Positions 21,612 to 31,809 of a stretch of DNA of 64,000 nt are shown in pieces. The notes beneath the pieces are model-generated. The model saw only the letters and a list, made by a program, of their open reading frames with translations, searched no databases and was not told the origin of the DNA. Each line of letters opens with the position of its first letter. Within the stretch, counting starts at the first letter, position 1. Source of the DNA: an uncultured Pelagibacteraceae bacterium. Its GTDB lineage: Bacteria; Pseudomonadota; Alphaproteobacteria; Pelagibacterales; Pelagibacteraceae. The position numbers were made by a program, and so were the translations under genes. Location of the stretch: positions 85,483-149,482 of the forward strand of contig CACGDW010000001.1 of the NCBI GenBank assembly GCA_902571925.1, given 5' to 3'.

Positions 21612-22175
21612 TTATTTTTTTTCTGGTGTATTTTCAAGTTTTTTTTCTGCTTTAATCTCAGTTTTAGGGGCATCTTTTTTAGAAGAAACGTCTTTTTTAG
21701 CCTCTAAAGTTTGTGCAGTCTCTATTTTTGTCTCAGTTTGAGTTTCTTTTGAAGCTGGAGCTACATTTTCATCAGTAACTGTCTCAGGTTTCACATCAAT
21801 ATCGATACCAATTTTTTTTCTAATTTTTTCTGCAATCCTAGCTGATTTACCAGTTCTATCTCTTAAATAATAAAGTTTAGCTCTCCTAACTTTTCCAGAG
21901 CGAATTACTTTAATCGTATCAATTAAAGTTCCATATAATGGAAAAGTTCTTTCTACACCTTCTCCAAAAGAAATTTTTCTTACAGTAAATGATGAATTTA
22001 AATCTCTACTTTTTTTGGCAATACAAACGCCCTCGAAATATTGAATTCTTTCTTTTTTACCCTCTGTAATTCTAACACCAACTTTAACAACATCCCCAGG
22101 GAAGAAATTAGGTATCTTTTTCTCTGAAAGAATTTTTTTGACGTTGTGTTGATTTATTTCTTCAATAGTTTTCAT
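21612..22175 (-). CDS. rplS: 50S ribosomal protein L19 with long C-terminal tail
   Basis: [34 protein letters not shown]; likely start ATG 22175. Confidence 0.96.
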   Translation of the reverse strand: MKTIEEINQHNVKKILSEKKIPNFFPGDVVKVGVRITEGKKERIQYFEGVCIAKKSRDLNSSFTVRKISFGEGVERTFPLYGTLIDTIKVIRSGKVRRAKLYYLRDRTGKSARIAEKIRKKIGIDIDVKPETVTDENVAPASKETQTETKIETAQTLEAKKDVSSKKDAPKTEIKAEKKLENTPEKK

Positions 22176-22191
22176 TTTTATATTTAACAAA

Positions 22192-22878
22192 TTAATCTTT
22201 CTTATATTTTTGCCACAAATCTGGTCTTCGGACGCGTGTTATAGCCTCTGATTGAGACAAACGCCAGTCTTTAATTTTAGCATGATCACCAGATAATAAT
22301 ACCTCTGGGACCGACTTTTCTTCCCAAATTTGAGGTTTCGTATATTGGGGATACTCTAAAAGACCATTTTCAAAGGTTTCATCAACAGAAGATTTTTCAT
22401 TTCCCAAAACCCCCGGTAAAAGTCTTAAAATGCTATCAAGGATAACTAATGCAGCTGTTTCACCACCAGATAAAACATAATCTCCTATACTTATTTCCTC
22501 AATATTCCTTGTAGTTAAAACTCTTTCGTCTACCCCTTCAAAATGTCCACATATTAATGATATAGATTTTTCTTTTGATAAATCTTGAGCAAGTTTTTGA
22601 TCAAATTTTTTTCCTTTTGGTGAAAGATAAAAAACCCTTTCTCCTTTTTTAAGTTTTTGATCAAGAGAATTTGCTAAAACATCAGCCTTGAGTAACATTC
22701 CTGATCCTCCACCATAAGGAGTATCATCGACTGTTTTATGTTTATCAGTTGCTGCATCTCTTATGTTTGTTACATTTAATTTCCACAATTTACTAGACAG
22801 AGCTTTTCCATAAAGGCCCTTAGCTAAAGGTCCAGGAAAAACTTCTGGATAAAGAGTAAATACTTGAACTTGAAACAT
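22192..22878 (-). CDS. trmD: tRNA (guanine37-N1)-methyltransferase
   Basis: [39 protein letters not shown]. Confidence 0.97.
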   Translation of the reverse strand: MFQVQVFTLYPEVFPGPLAKGLYGKALSSKLWKLNVTNIRDAATDKHKTVDDTPYGGGSGMLLKADVLANSLDQKLKKGERVFYLSPKGKKFDQKLAQDLSKEKSISLICGHFEGVDERVLTTRNIEEISIGDYVLSGGETAALVILDSILRLLPGVLGNEKSSVDETFENGLLEYPQYTKPQIWEEKSVPEVLLSGDHAKIKDWRLSQSEAITRVRRPDLWQKYKKD

Positions 22879-22892
22879 AAATTAACTTTAGA

Positions 22893-23330
22893 TTATTTTT
22901 TTTCCTCTTTAGGAGCCTCTTCTTTTTTAGCTGGAGCTGCTTCTGCTTTAGGAGCTTCTTCTTTTTTAGCTGGAGCTGCTTCTGCTTTAGGAGCTTCTTC
23001 TTTTTTAGCTTCTTCAGATCCTTCTTTTTTTCTATCTTTTTTTGGAACTGCTTTTTGAGGATTATTTCCATTCGCAGGCATAGGCATTAATTCCTTTTCA
23101 CCTAAAATTCTCGCTACTCTTGTTGTCGGTTGTGCCCCTTGACCTAACCAATATTTAATTCTCTCTGACTCAAGTCCAATTCTCTCTTTTTTATCTTTTG
23201 GAAGTAATGGATTAAAAAAACCTACTTTTTCAATAAATCTTCCATCTCTTGCAAAACGACTGTCTGCTACAACTAATTTGTAAACAGGTCTCTTTTTTGT
23301 TCCACCTCTTGATAACCTTAACTTTAACAT
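22893..23330 (-). CDS. rpsP: 30S ribosomal protein S16 with repetitive C-terminal tail
   Basis: [27 protein letters not shown]. Confidence 0.97.
   Translation of the reverse strand: MLKLRLSRGGTKKRPVYKLVVADSRFARDGRFIEKVGFFNPLLPKDKKERIGLESERIKYWLGQGAQPTTRVARILGEKELMPMPANGNNPQKAVPKKDRKKEGSEEAKKEEAPKAEAAPAKKEEAPKAEAAPAKKEEAPKEEKK
22908..23010. repeat. 39-bp in-frame tandem repeat (~2.6 copies) in rpsP 3' end
   Basis: TTTAGGAGCYTCTTCTTTTTTAGCTGGAGCTGCTTCTGC at 22908 and 22947, partial copy at 22986; encodes [13 protein letters not shown]. Confidence 0.95.
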
Positions 23331-23344
23331 TTGCTCTCCTTTTT

Positions 23345-24703
23345 TTATTTTAATTGATTAAATAATTCTGGTGGTATTCCCTTATCAGACATACCTTTCA
23401 GATTTCCTTTCGACATCTTCTTCATCATTTCAGACATCATTTTGAATTGCTTTAATAATTTATTGATAGTAGCTGGATCTGTGCCTGAACCATTAGCAAT
23501 TCTTTTTTTTCTAGAACCATCAATAATTTTTGGGTTTTCTCTTTCCTTTATTGTCATTGACAAAATTATCGCTTCATTTTTTGTAATAACACTCTCATCT
23601 ATACCTGCAGCGTCCATTTGTGACTTCACTTTAGATACACCTGGCATAAAAGACATTACTCCTTCTATTCCACCCATTTTTTTCATTTGCCTTAATTGAG
23701 TTAAGTAGTCTTGCATTGAAAATTGTCCTTTTTTTAAATTTTCCTCAGCTTTTTTAATGTTCTCCTCACCTAAATCTTGAGCTGCTTTTTCTACAAGGGA
23801 TACAATATCACCCATTCCTAAAATTCTATTTGCAATTCTATCTGGATGAAATACTTCAAGATTTTCAATTTTTTCACCTACACCTAAAAATTTAATTGGA
23901 ACTTGGGAAACAAATTTCATACTCACAGCTGCTCCACCCCTCGCGTCACCATCCGCTCTTGTTAAAATTATTCCTGAGAGATTTACTGTATTTTTAAATT
24001 CTTTTGCAACTGAAGCTGCAACTTGTCCGGTAAGTGAGTCGGCAACTAAAAATGTTTCTGAAGGATTAATTATATTTTCGATTTGTTTAATTTCACTCAT
24101 CATTTGTAAGTCAATCTGTGTCCTGCCTGCAGTATCAAATAATATGATATCAGCACCATTTAAATTGGCTGCACTAATAGCTCTTTGACAAATATCAGCT
24201 GGTTGTTGTCCATCAATAATAGGAAGGGTTAAAATATTATTTTGTTCACCTAAAGACCTTAATTGTTCTTGAGCAGCTGGCCTATAAATATCTAAGCTAA
24301 CCATCATTACTTTCTTCTTTTTTATATTTTCTAAATATCTTGCAAGTTTTGCTGTTGTAGTTGTTTTACCAGAACCTTGTAATCCAACTAACATCATTGG
24401 TACTGGTGGAACTGCATTAAGGTTTACATCGTTGTTTTTTTCACCCAGTAAATTTACTAATTCATCATAAACGATCTTAACCACCATATCTCCAGGTGAT
24501 GTTGATCTAATTATTTCTTGTCCTAAAGCTTTTGGCTTAACCTTTTCAATAAATTCTTTTGCAACATCTAAAGAGACATCTGCCTCAAGTAAAGCTTGTC
24601 TGATACGTCTCAAGCCTTCATCAACCTGGCTTTCATCAAGCGAGGGAGACTTTTTTAAAGAAGAAAAAATTTCTTCAAATTTATTAGTTAAATTTTCAAA
24701 CAT
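23345..24703 (-). CDS. ffh: Signal recognition particle protein
   Basis: [23 protein letters not shown], Met-rich M domain; start MFENL at 24703 rather than 24730. Confidence 0.97.
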   Translation of the reverse strand: MFENLTNKFEEIFSSLKKSPSLDESQVDEGLRRIRQALLEADVSLDVAKEFIEKVKPKALGQEIIRSTSPGDMVVKIVYDELVNLLGEKNNDVNLNAVPPVPMMLVGLQGSGKTTTTAKLARYLENIKKKKVMMVSLDIYRPAAQEQLRSLGEQNNILTLPIIDGQQPADICQRAISAANLNGADIILFDTAGRTQIDLQMMSEIKQIENIINPSETFLVADSLTGQVAASVAKEFKNTVNLSGIILTRADGDARGGAAVSMKFVSQVPIKFLGVGEKIENLEVFHPDRIANRILGMGDIVSLVEKAAQDLGEENIKKAEENLKKGQFSMQDYLTQLRQMKKMGGIEGVMSFMPGVSKVKSQMDAAGIDESVITKNEAIILSMTIKERENPKIIDGSRKKRIANGSGTDPATINKLLKQFKMMSEMMKKMSKGNLKGMSDKGIPPELFNQLK

Positions 24704-24719
24704 ATTTATTACACACAGC

Positions 24720-24804
24720 AGTAATCGCACTAGTGGGCGAACCCTCGCTGACTAGTGTCGATCTCTTTGTTTCCAAAGACACCGCAAATTTAACGTTTTT
24801 GCGG
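24720..24804 (-). ncRNA. ffh leader RNA motif (alphaproteobacterial cis-regulatory element)
   Basis: GC-enriched spacer; minus-strand hairpin CACTAGT-CAGCGAGGGTTCGCCC-ACTAGTG (24728-24757) plus hairpins at 24764-24779 and 24782-24804, directly upstream of ffh. Confidence 0.8.
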
Positions 24805-24864
24805 AAACTGCAACAAATTATAATAGAGGTTCAAAAAGTCAATAAATAAGTTAAACAACTATAT

Positions 24865-25689
24865 ATGGACATTAAAGCTTTTAAAATGGATGGATTAGGT
24901 AACGATTTTGTTATCATCGACAATAGACAAAAAGTTACTGAATTATCAAAAGAACAAATAATTAAAATTTGTGATAGAAATTTTGTTGGATGTGATCAGT
25001 TAATATTAATTGAAAAAGATGAAAATACTGATGCTTATTTAAAGTTTTTTAACTCTGATGGAGGTGAGTCAGGAGCATGTGGTAACGGTACGAGATGTGT
25101 TGCAGATTTAATTTCAAAAGAAAAAAAAGATAAAACAGTAATTTTATCTACCTTATCCGGAAATTTAAAATCTGAAATATTAGAAAATAATATAGTTACA
25201 ACTGAAATTGGAAAAGCTAAAACTAAGTGGAATGATATTCCTCTTTCTAATGAATTAAATACAAAAAATTTAAATATAAAGATTAAAGACACAAATAATA
25301 AAGAGTACTCTGGTGGTACTGCTATAAATGTTGGAAACCCCCATGTTATTTTTTTTGTAGACAACATAGAGGACTTTAATATTGTAAAAATTGGCCCTGA
25401 GATTGAAAATCAAAAAATATTTCCAGAAAAATGCAATGTTACAATTGCTAATGTCATCAATAGAAATTTGATAAAAGTTAAAGTCTGGGAAAGAGGAGCT
25501 GGATTAACAAAGGCATGCGGGACTGCTGCATGTGCAGCAGCATTTGCTGGCAAATTAAACAACCTTACTGATAATAACATAGATATAGAATTTGAAACTG
25601 GAAAATTATCAATCTTTATAGATGAAACAAACTCTATACATATGAAAGGTCCTGTTTCAAATATAGAGAAAATTTCAATAAAATTATAA
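24865..25689 (+). CDS. dapF: Diaminopimelate epimerase
   Basis: KMDGLGNDF, ACGNGTRC, GNPH, WERGAG.T.ACGT. Confidence 0.96.
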   Translation: MDIKAFKMDGLGNDFVIIDNRQKVTELSKEQIIKICDRNFVGCDQLILIEKDENTDAYLKFFNSDGGESGACGNGTRCVADLISKEKKDKTVILSTLSGNLKSEILENNIVTTEIGKAKTKWNDIPLSNELNTKNLNIKIKDTNNKEYSGGTAINVGNPHVIFFVDNIEDFNIVKIGPEIENQKIFPEKCNVTIANVINRNLIKVKVWERGAGLTKACGTAACAAAFAGKLNNLTDNNIDIEFETGKLSIFIDETNSIHMKGPVSNIEKISIKL

Positions 25690-26606
25690 TGGGAATATTC
25701 GACAAATTTAAAAAAGGTTTTCAAAAAAGCGCTTCGGCATTCTCATCTGGTTTAAAAGAAATTATTATAAAAAAAGAAATAGATGACGAGAATTTAAATA
25801 AAATTGAAGAATTCTTAATCGAATCAGATGTTGGTATTGAAGCTGCTTCCGAAATAAAAGAAATAATTTCAACTAAGAAAGTTGATCCTAAAAAAAATTT
25901 ATCACAAGAAATAAATGTTATTTTAAAAGAATATATTGTTTCATTAATGAAACCCTTGGAGAATGATACATTTTTTATGAAAAAAGAAAAACTTAATGCA
26001 ACTTTAGTTTCTGGAGTGAACGGTGTTGGTAAAACAACAAGTGTCGGTAAAATTGGAAAAATTTTGAAAACTAATGGTAATAAAGTTATGTTTGCGGCAT
26101 CAGATACATTTCGAGCAGCAGCAATTGAACAATTAGAAAATTGGGCCAATAAAATAAATGTTCATATAACAAAATCATCGCAAGGATCTGACCCAGCTTC
26201 AGTTGCCTATAAGGCTATTGAGGAATCTATTAAAAATAAGTTTGATCATGTTTTAATTGATACAGCTGGAAGACTTCAAAATAGAAAAAATTTAATGGAA
26301 GAATATAAAAAAATTGCCAATGTAACAAAAAAGATAGACCCCGACGCACCTCATGATGTTATTTTAGTTTTAGATGCAACTTCTGGTCAAAATATAATTA
26401 ATCAAGTAGAAGAATTTAATAAGATTATTCCAATAACAGGCATTATCATGACAAAGTTAGATGGAACCGCGAAAGGTGGTATTCTTTTAGCATTAGCAAA
26501 AAAATATAAACTTCCAATTATTGCCTTAGGTTTAGGTGAAAAAGAAGACGACTTACAAATATTCAAGGCTGAAAAATTTGCTAAGGCATTTATTCAAACT
26601 AGTTAA
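25689..26606 (+). CDS. ftsY: SRP receptor (NG domain only)
   Basis: GVNGVGKTT, DTFRAAA, DTAGRL, TKLDGTAKGG. Confidence 0.96.
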   Translation: MGIFDKFKKGFQKSASAFSSGLKEIIIKKEIDDENLNKIEEFLIESDVGIEAASEIKEIISTKKVDPKKNLSQEINVILKEYIVSLMKPLENDTFFMKKEKLNATLVSGVNGVGKTTSVGKIGKILKTNGNKVMFAASDTFRAAAIEQLENWANKINVHITKSSQGSDPASVAYKAIEESIKNKFDHVLIDTAGRLQNRKNLMEEYKKIANVTKKIDPDAPHDVILVLDATSGQNIINQVEEFNKIIPITGIIMTKLDGTAKGGILLALAKKYKLPIIALGLGEKEDDLQIFKAEKFAKAFIQTS

Positions 26607-27162
26607 TTAGATTACTCGATATAAGGGGTTTGTAGAAACTACATTTATAATTCTCTTTAAATTTAAAATGGCCACAATTTTTAGCAAAAGAAGAAATGAT
26701 AAAATCAAATTTACCTGTAGTTGGATATAATTCTAATTTTTTTTCAACAATATCAAACTTAAAATTAGCATTTAAACTTTTTACTGCACTAATCATGACT
26801 AAAGTTTTATTATCTTTTAAAAGATAATAAGCAAAATCGTCTGGAAATACTGGAAAATCATATTCTTCTAAATAAAATTTGGCATGAGATGGGAACCACT
26901 CATATGAAATTAATGGAGATGATTTTTTAGTTTTATAATCATAAATGTAAAGATCTTTTGGAAAATCATTGATATAATTTTCAGTTTCGCCTCTAGCCAA
27001 AATTGATTTTTCTCTACTCTTAAAATATAAAGCAAAGTTTTTATTATAAGAATTCATTTGATCTATATGAAATAAATCATCAGCTAAAAATTCATTGTCT
27101 TTCGCAAAAGCAATTTTATTTAGAGATAAAAGAAAAATAATTAATAAAAATATTCTCATCAC
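26599..27162 (-). CDS. Hypothetical exported protein
   Basis: 187-aa ORF with signal peptide (…IAFA), aromatic-rich, C-terminal Cys pair. Confidence 0.7.
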   Translation of the reverse strand: MMRIFLLIIFLLSLNKIAFAKDNEFLADDLFHIDQMNSYNKNFALYFKSREKSILARGETENYINDFPKDLYIYDYKTKKSSPLISYEWFPSHAKFYLEEYDFPVFPDDFAYYLLKDNKTLVMISAVKSLNANFKFDIVEKKLELYPTTGKFDFIISSFAKNCGHFKFKENYKCSFYKPLISSNLIN

Positions 27163-27211
27163 ATAATAAACTTAAAGAAAAATATTGAATTTAATTTGGT
27201 TAGAATATGGC

Positions 27212-28030
27212 TTAATTTAAACTTTTGAGAAATGATTTAAGTGCAAAAACTAACTTTTCATCATATTCCATCATATGATCGTCATATTTAGTAAAGTATG
27301 AATATTTCGGCTCATTTGCTATATCATAAATTTTTTTACCCATTGAGAAGGGGACTATTTGATCTATTTCTCCATGCATAACTATAACTGGTGAATTTAT
27401 ATTCTTAATTTTTTTGTAATTATCAAATTTGTCTTTAAGTATTAAATTAACTGGAATGTAAGGGTAGAATTTCTTTGCAGCATCTACCAATGAAGTAAAT
27501 GGTGTTTCTAAAATTATACCTGCATAATTCTTATTTTGAGCCAAATGTGTGGCTACACCAGTTCCTAAAGATTCTCCATATAAAACAAGATTTTTTTCGT
27601 TCACTCCTTTTTTTACTAACCAATGAATTGCACTTTTACCATCTTCATAAAGACCTTGTTCCGTAGGTTTACCATTATTTCCACTAAAGCCTCGCCAAGC
27701 AATGATTAAGAAATTAATATTCATATCTTGAAAATGGTTAAGTTTATGGATTCTATTTTCTAAAGATCCTGCATTACCATGAAAAAAAATAAGAGTTTTA
27801 TAATCTTTAAGATTTTTTTCATGATACCACCCTAGTAATTCAAGATTATCTGAAGTTTGTATTTTAACTTTTTGAATATCAACTGAAATTTGGTCGCCTG
27901 AATAATTATTTTCATTTGGATGGTAAAGTAAATTTCTTTGATAAAAGTATAAAAATACTAAAATAAAAAAATACAGAAATAAAATAATTAAAAATAATTG
28001 CAACAAATTCTTCCTAAGCTTCTCGAACAT
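27212..28030 (-). CDS. Membrane-anchored alpha/beta hydrolase (YfhR/Bem46-like)
   Basis: N-terminal TM, FHGNAG, RGFS, GESLG, HGEIDQIVP. Confidence 0.88.
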   Translation of the reverse strand: MFEKLRKNLLQLFLIILFLYFFILVFLYFYQRNLLYHPNENNYSGDQISVDIQKVKIQTSDNLELLGWYHEKNLKDYKTLIFFHGNAGSLENRIHKLNHFQDMNINFLIIAWRGFSGNNGKPTEQGLYEDGKSAIHWLVKKGVNEKNLVLYGESLGTGVATHLAQNKNYAGIILETPFTSLVDAAKKFYPYIPVNLILKDKFDNYKKIKNINSPVIVMHGEIDQIVPFSMGKKIYDIANEPKYSYFTKYDDHMMEYDEKLVFALKSFLKSLN

Positions 28031-28919
28031 ATTTTTTCTTCGCTAAGTATACGCCAATAAATACCAAAATTGTTCCTATCAAATGATAATTTTCTAATTT
28101 TTCCTCAAATAAAAAATAACCATAAATTGCTCCATAAATTGTAAAAATGTATAAAGTAAACCCTGTCAAAGATGCACCCAGCTTTTTTTGAACCACAGTG
28201 TAAAGAGTAAATGCAATTATTCCTGGAGAAATTGCTGCAAAAAACACCCACATAAAAAATTCTCTACTAAAGGTAGTTTTTTCAAAAAAAATTTCCTCCC
28301 CAATATAAAAGGGGAGCAAACTAATTGCACCAAAAAATGCAATTAACGTGAACCTTTGAAAAATTTCGAGTTTTGTTTTCCAGTAGAATAGATAGATAGA
28401 GTATAGTGCCCATCCAATAGCAGCTGCCAACATCCAAAGATCACCAATAGTAAAATTAAGATTTATTAGTAAATTAAGTTCACCTTTAATAATAATTGTA
28501 AAAACCCCAATTAAACAAGATATGAGACCAATAACTTTTGTGAGATTAATTTTTTCACTGAAAAAAATACTAGAAATTAAGATTATAAATATTGGTGAAG
28601 ATGTATATATAATTCCCATATTAGTAACCGTAGTAGTTTGACCTGCTAAAAATGGGAATGCACCGCAAACACCACAACCTGTAGCTCCTAAGAAAAAAAG
28701 TTTTTTATATTCCTTTTTCATTATTTTATAATTTTTTTTCAATGATACATAAGTAAAGGGTAAGAGGATCAAAAAAACTAATGTCCATCTCCAAAATGCT
28801 AAAGAAATTGGAGGAACATATTCAACACCACCTCGAGCTACTACCAGGTTTGAGGCCATAAAAATAGGCTGAATAAATAAAAGTGAAAGTGCAAAAAGAT
28901 TATTAATTTTATTACTCAA
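28014..28919 (-). CDS. DMT/EamA family transporter
   Basis: ~10 TM, PISLAFWRW, GDLWMLAA..WALYS. Confidence 0.88.
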   Translation of the reverse strand: MSNKINNLFALSLLFIQPIFMASNLVVARGGVEYVPPISLAFWRWTLVFLILLPFTYVSLKKNYKIMKKEYKKLFFLGATGCGVCGAFPFLAGQTTTVTNMGIIYTSSPIFIILISSIFFSEKINLTKVIGLISCLIGVFTIIIKGELNLLINLNFTIGDLWMLAAAIGWALYSIYLFYWKTKLEIFQRFTLIAFFGAISLLPFYIGEEIFFEKTTFSREFFMWVFFAAISPGIIAFTLYTVVQKKLGASLTGFTLYIFTIYGAIYGYFLFEEKLENYHLIGTILVFIGVYLAKKKYVREA

Positions 28920-28938
28920 TGATTTATATTTGGATTAT

Positions 28939-29115
28939 CTATTTTTTATCAAAGAAGGCTTCATAAACCATCATAAAAATTGCAATACCCATTAAAATAT
29001 AAACAGGCAAGACATCAAAAAACCCTATCATAGACGATCTAGTAAGTGTAAAAGCAAGGCCCACTAAAAAAGCTATTGCAAGTAAAGATCCTAAAAATGT
29101 TGTGAACTTATGCAT
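28939..29115 (-). CDS. Small 2-TM membrane protein (58 aa), missed by the ORF track
   Basis: Hand translation MHKFTTFLGSLLAIAFLVGLAFTLTRSSMIGFFDVLPVYILMGIAIFMMVYEAFFDKK*; ATG abuts the amidase stop and fills the gap. Confidence 0.8.
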   Translation of the reverse strand: MHKFTTFLGSLLAIAFLVGLAFTLTRSSMIGFFDVLPVYILMGIAIFMMVYEAFFDKK

Positions 29116-30441
29116 TTATTTATTACATTCCTTTTCTAACCAATTAGCAACCCCTAAAAATCTATGATCATCATAGCGATCTCCCACAAGCTGTACCCCT
29201 AAAGGCAAATTATTTTCACCTTCGAGTAAAGGTAGAGATATGCAGGGAGTACCCATATAAGACCAAACTTTATTGAATTCTGCAGTGCCAGTGCTTTTTA
29301 ATCCCTTTGGTGCAACACCCGGGCTAGAAGGAGATAAAACTCCATGATAATCCTCAAAAACTTCTTGGTAAGACTCATAACTTCTTTTTTTAAAATCAAT
29401 AGCTTCAGCGTATTCTTTTGCTGAATATTTATTTCCTTTAGCTATAGCTGTTTGCATATATTTTGATAATTTTGTTTTGTATTTTTTATAATACATTGCA
29501 AAATTATTAGCTAAATCTGTTTCATGAATAATTTGATGGTATTTATGAATATCCTTAAAATATGATGGAGTATCAAACACTTCAATATTTTTAAATGATT
29601 TGATAAAATATTCAAAAGACTCTCTAGATTTTTTTTCAATTATCTTCCAATAATCTGACTTATAAAAAATGAACTTGGGTTCATATGCTGGACCTTTTTT
29701 TGTTTCTTCTAAAATATTTTCAGCTGAATAATAAATTGTTGCGGGATCATGATGATCTTTTTTAATTAAAACTCTTGCTAATAATGCAACATCTTCAACA
29801 GTTCTTGCAAATATCCCTATATGATCTAATGCATTCGAGGTTCTTAAAACGCCATTTCTTGAAATTAGGCCATAAGTTGGTTTATATCCGACAACACCAC
29901 AGTACGAAGCAGGTCTTATTACTGATCCACCTGTTTGTGATCCAATAGAAAGTGGTGCCATAAAAGATGCTACACAAGCGGCCGAACCACTGGAAGAACC
30001 TCCTGGTGTTCTTGAATAATCATGAGGATTAGTTGTTTTCGGGGGTCCTAAGTAAGCTAACTCTGATGTAGCTGTTTTGCCCATAACAATAGCACCTGCA
30101 GAATTTAATAATTCAACTACCTCAGCATTTTGGGAATAAGATTTACCTTTTCTTATTGAAGTGCCACATTCAGTAGGCATATCAACAGTGCCTATTATAT
30201 CTTTTAAAGCTATTGGAATTCCATGTAGTGGACCCACTGGCTTTCCTGATTTTCTATGCTCATCAGCGTCAGTAGCTTTCTCCAATAAAACTTTTTTATC
30301 AAAGTGAGTCCAGGCTTTAATATCTTTTTCAAATTTTTTTATTCTTTCAATATATTTTTCACAAATCTCAACCGAACTTAAATGACCCTCTTTAATCTTT
30401 AAGGCTATTTCTTCAACTCTTAACGAAAATATATCAATCAT
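29116..30441 (-). CDS. Amidase signature family enzyme
   Basis: GIPIALKD, TPGGSSSGSAA, GSQTGGSVIRPAS (Ser-cisSer-Lys triad). Confidence 0.92.
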   Translation of the reverse strand: MIDIFSLRVEEIALKIKEGHLSSVEICEKYIERIKKFEKDIKAWTHFDKKVLLEKATDADEHRKSGKPVGPLHGIPIALKDIIGTVDMPTECGTSIRKGKSYSQNAEVVELLNSAGAIVMGKTATSELAYLGPPKTTNPHDYSRTPGGSSSGSAACVASFMAPLSIGSQTGGSVIRPASYCGVVGYKPTYGLISRNGVLRTSNALDHIGIFARTVEDVALLARVLIKKDHHDPATIYYSAENILEETKKGPAYEPKFIFYKSDYWKIIEKKSRESFEYFIKSFKNIEVFDTPSYFKDIHKYHQIIHETDLANNFAMYYKKYKTKLSKYMQTAIAKGNKYSAKEYAEAIDFKKRSYESYQEVFEDYHGVLSPSSPGVAPKGLKSTGTAEFNKVWSYMGTPCISLPLLEGENNLPLGVQLVGDRYDDHRFLGVANWLEKECNK

Positions 30442-30447
30442 TTTTTG

Positions 30448-31809
30448 TTAGTCGGCAAACAATACTTCTGGCAGCCATAGGGCTATTCCAGGGAACATAT
30501 ACATTAAAAACATTCCGAATATAACTATACCCAAAAATGGCATAATCCCCTTAAATATTTCCAGTAATTCAACATTCGTTTTTTGAACCCCTTTTAGATA
30601 ATAGGCAGACATTGCCATTGGTGGTGTTAAAAAGGATGTTTGTAAATTTAAAGCGATTAACATCGCAAAAAAATATGGATTAACATTGAATATTTCAAGT
30701 AATGGCAAAAATATTGGAACAAATATAATTAAAATTTCTGTCCATTCTAGAGGCCATCCTAGAAGAAAAATTATAATTTGAGTTATAACCAAAAATTGCC
30801 AAGTAGTTATGTTTATTGAAGTAAAAAAGTGTTCAAATACCTCGTGTCCTCCTAGATAAGAAAAGACAGAAGAGAAAGTCCAAGAACCTATAAACAACCA
30901 CATGATCATTGCTGTTGTTTTTGCAGTCAAGAAAACTGACTCTTTAAAATTTTGCCATTTAAGTGTTTTATAAAACCAAGATAAAATTAATGCACCAAAT
31001 GCTCCGGCTGCTGCAGCTTCGGCTGGAGTGGCGATTCCAGCTAAAATTGTTCCAAGAACTAACATTATTAAACCAAATAGAGGAACAAATGAAACTAATA
31101 CCTCTTTTAAAATTTCTGCTCTAGGCGGAATATCCTCTGCTGGTGGTCTTGGAGCTATTGAAGGATTAAGCCACGCTCTAAACACTGCATATCCAATATA
31201 TAAGCCTGCCAACATTAATCCTGGAAAAATCGCAGCTGCAAATAATCGTAATGGAGATAATTGTGCAATTACAGAATAAACAATTAACATAATACTTGGT
31301 GGTATTAAAATTCCTAGACAACCACCACTACAAATTATTCCTGATGCAAATTTTTTATCATAGCCAGCTTTAACCATAGCTGGCCAAGCCAATAAGCCCA
31401 TTAAAGTTACAACTGCTCCAATAATCCCTGTTGCTGTAGAAAATAAAGTACAAGTGATCAATGCTGCGACTGCCATGGATGCTGGCAATCTATGAGCAGC
31501 AAGTCTAATTGCAAAAAATAATTTAGCTACGATTCCAGCTCTTTCAACCAAATATCCCATAAATAAAAAAAGAGGTACCGCAGTGAGTACGTTATTATCC
31601 ATCACTGTATAAGTGTTTTTAACAAATAAAGAAAATATTCTATTATCAAAAAGATGATCCATCAAAACTGGATCGTAATAAGCATAATAACCAAAGCCTA
31701 TTCCCATTGCCATTAAAGTAAAAGCTATAGGGAACCCTAGTAATACAGCAAGCAAAAACACACCCATCATTAGAATTGCTACTTCAGGATTTGTAAGACT
31801 AAATAGCAT
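30448..31809 (-). CDS. TRAP transporter large permease (DctM)
   Basis: GCLGILIPPSI, TPAEAAA, SFLTPPMA. Confidence 0.93.
   Translation of the reverse strand: MLFSLTNPEVAILMMGVFLLAVLLGFPIAFTLMAMGIGFGYYAYYDPVLMDHLFDNRIFSLFVKNTYTVMDNNVLTAVPLFLFMGYLVERAGIVAKLFFAIRLAAHRLPASMAVAALITCTLFSTATGIIGAVVTLMGLLAWPAMVKAGYDKKFASGIICSGGCLGILIPPSIMLIVYSVIAQLSPLRLFAAAIFPGLMLAGLYIGYAVFRAWLNPSIAPRPPAEDIPPRAEILKEVLVSFVPLFGLIMLVLGTILAGIATPAEAAAAGAFGALILSWFYKTLKWQNFKESVFLTAKTTAMIMWLFIGSWTFSSVFSYLGGHEVFEHFFTSINITTWQFLVITQIIIFLLGWPLEWTEILIIFVPIFLPLLEIFNVNPYFFAMLIALNLQTSFLTPPMAMSAYYLKGVQKTNVELLEIFKGIMPFLGIVIFGMFLMYMFPGIALWLPEVLFAD

Noticed and set aside
22908-23010. Repeat as a possible CRISPR array
   Set aside because: Head-to-tail copies with no spacers, in frame within rpsP, and no cas genes
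22820-23071. Repetitive Lys/Leu/Gln ORF (minus) and ASSFLAGA-repeat ORF (plus, 22864-23058)
   Set aside because: Alternative-frame readings of the rpsP 39-bp repeat
24704-24810. Possible SRP (4.5S) RNA gene next to ffh
   Set aside because: Lacks the full conserved domain IV CAGG…GGAA…AGCAG signature; fits the ffh leader motif better
29116-30441. Amidase as gatA
   Set aside because: No flanking gatC/gatB, lacks the GatA-specific C-terminal features, and sits in a TRAP operon
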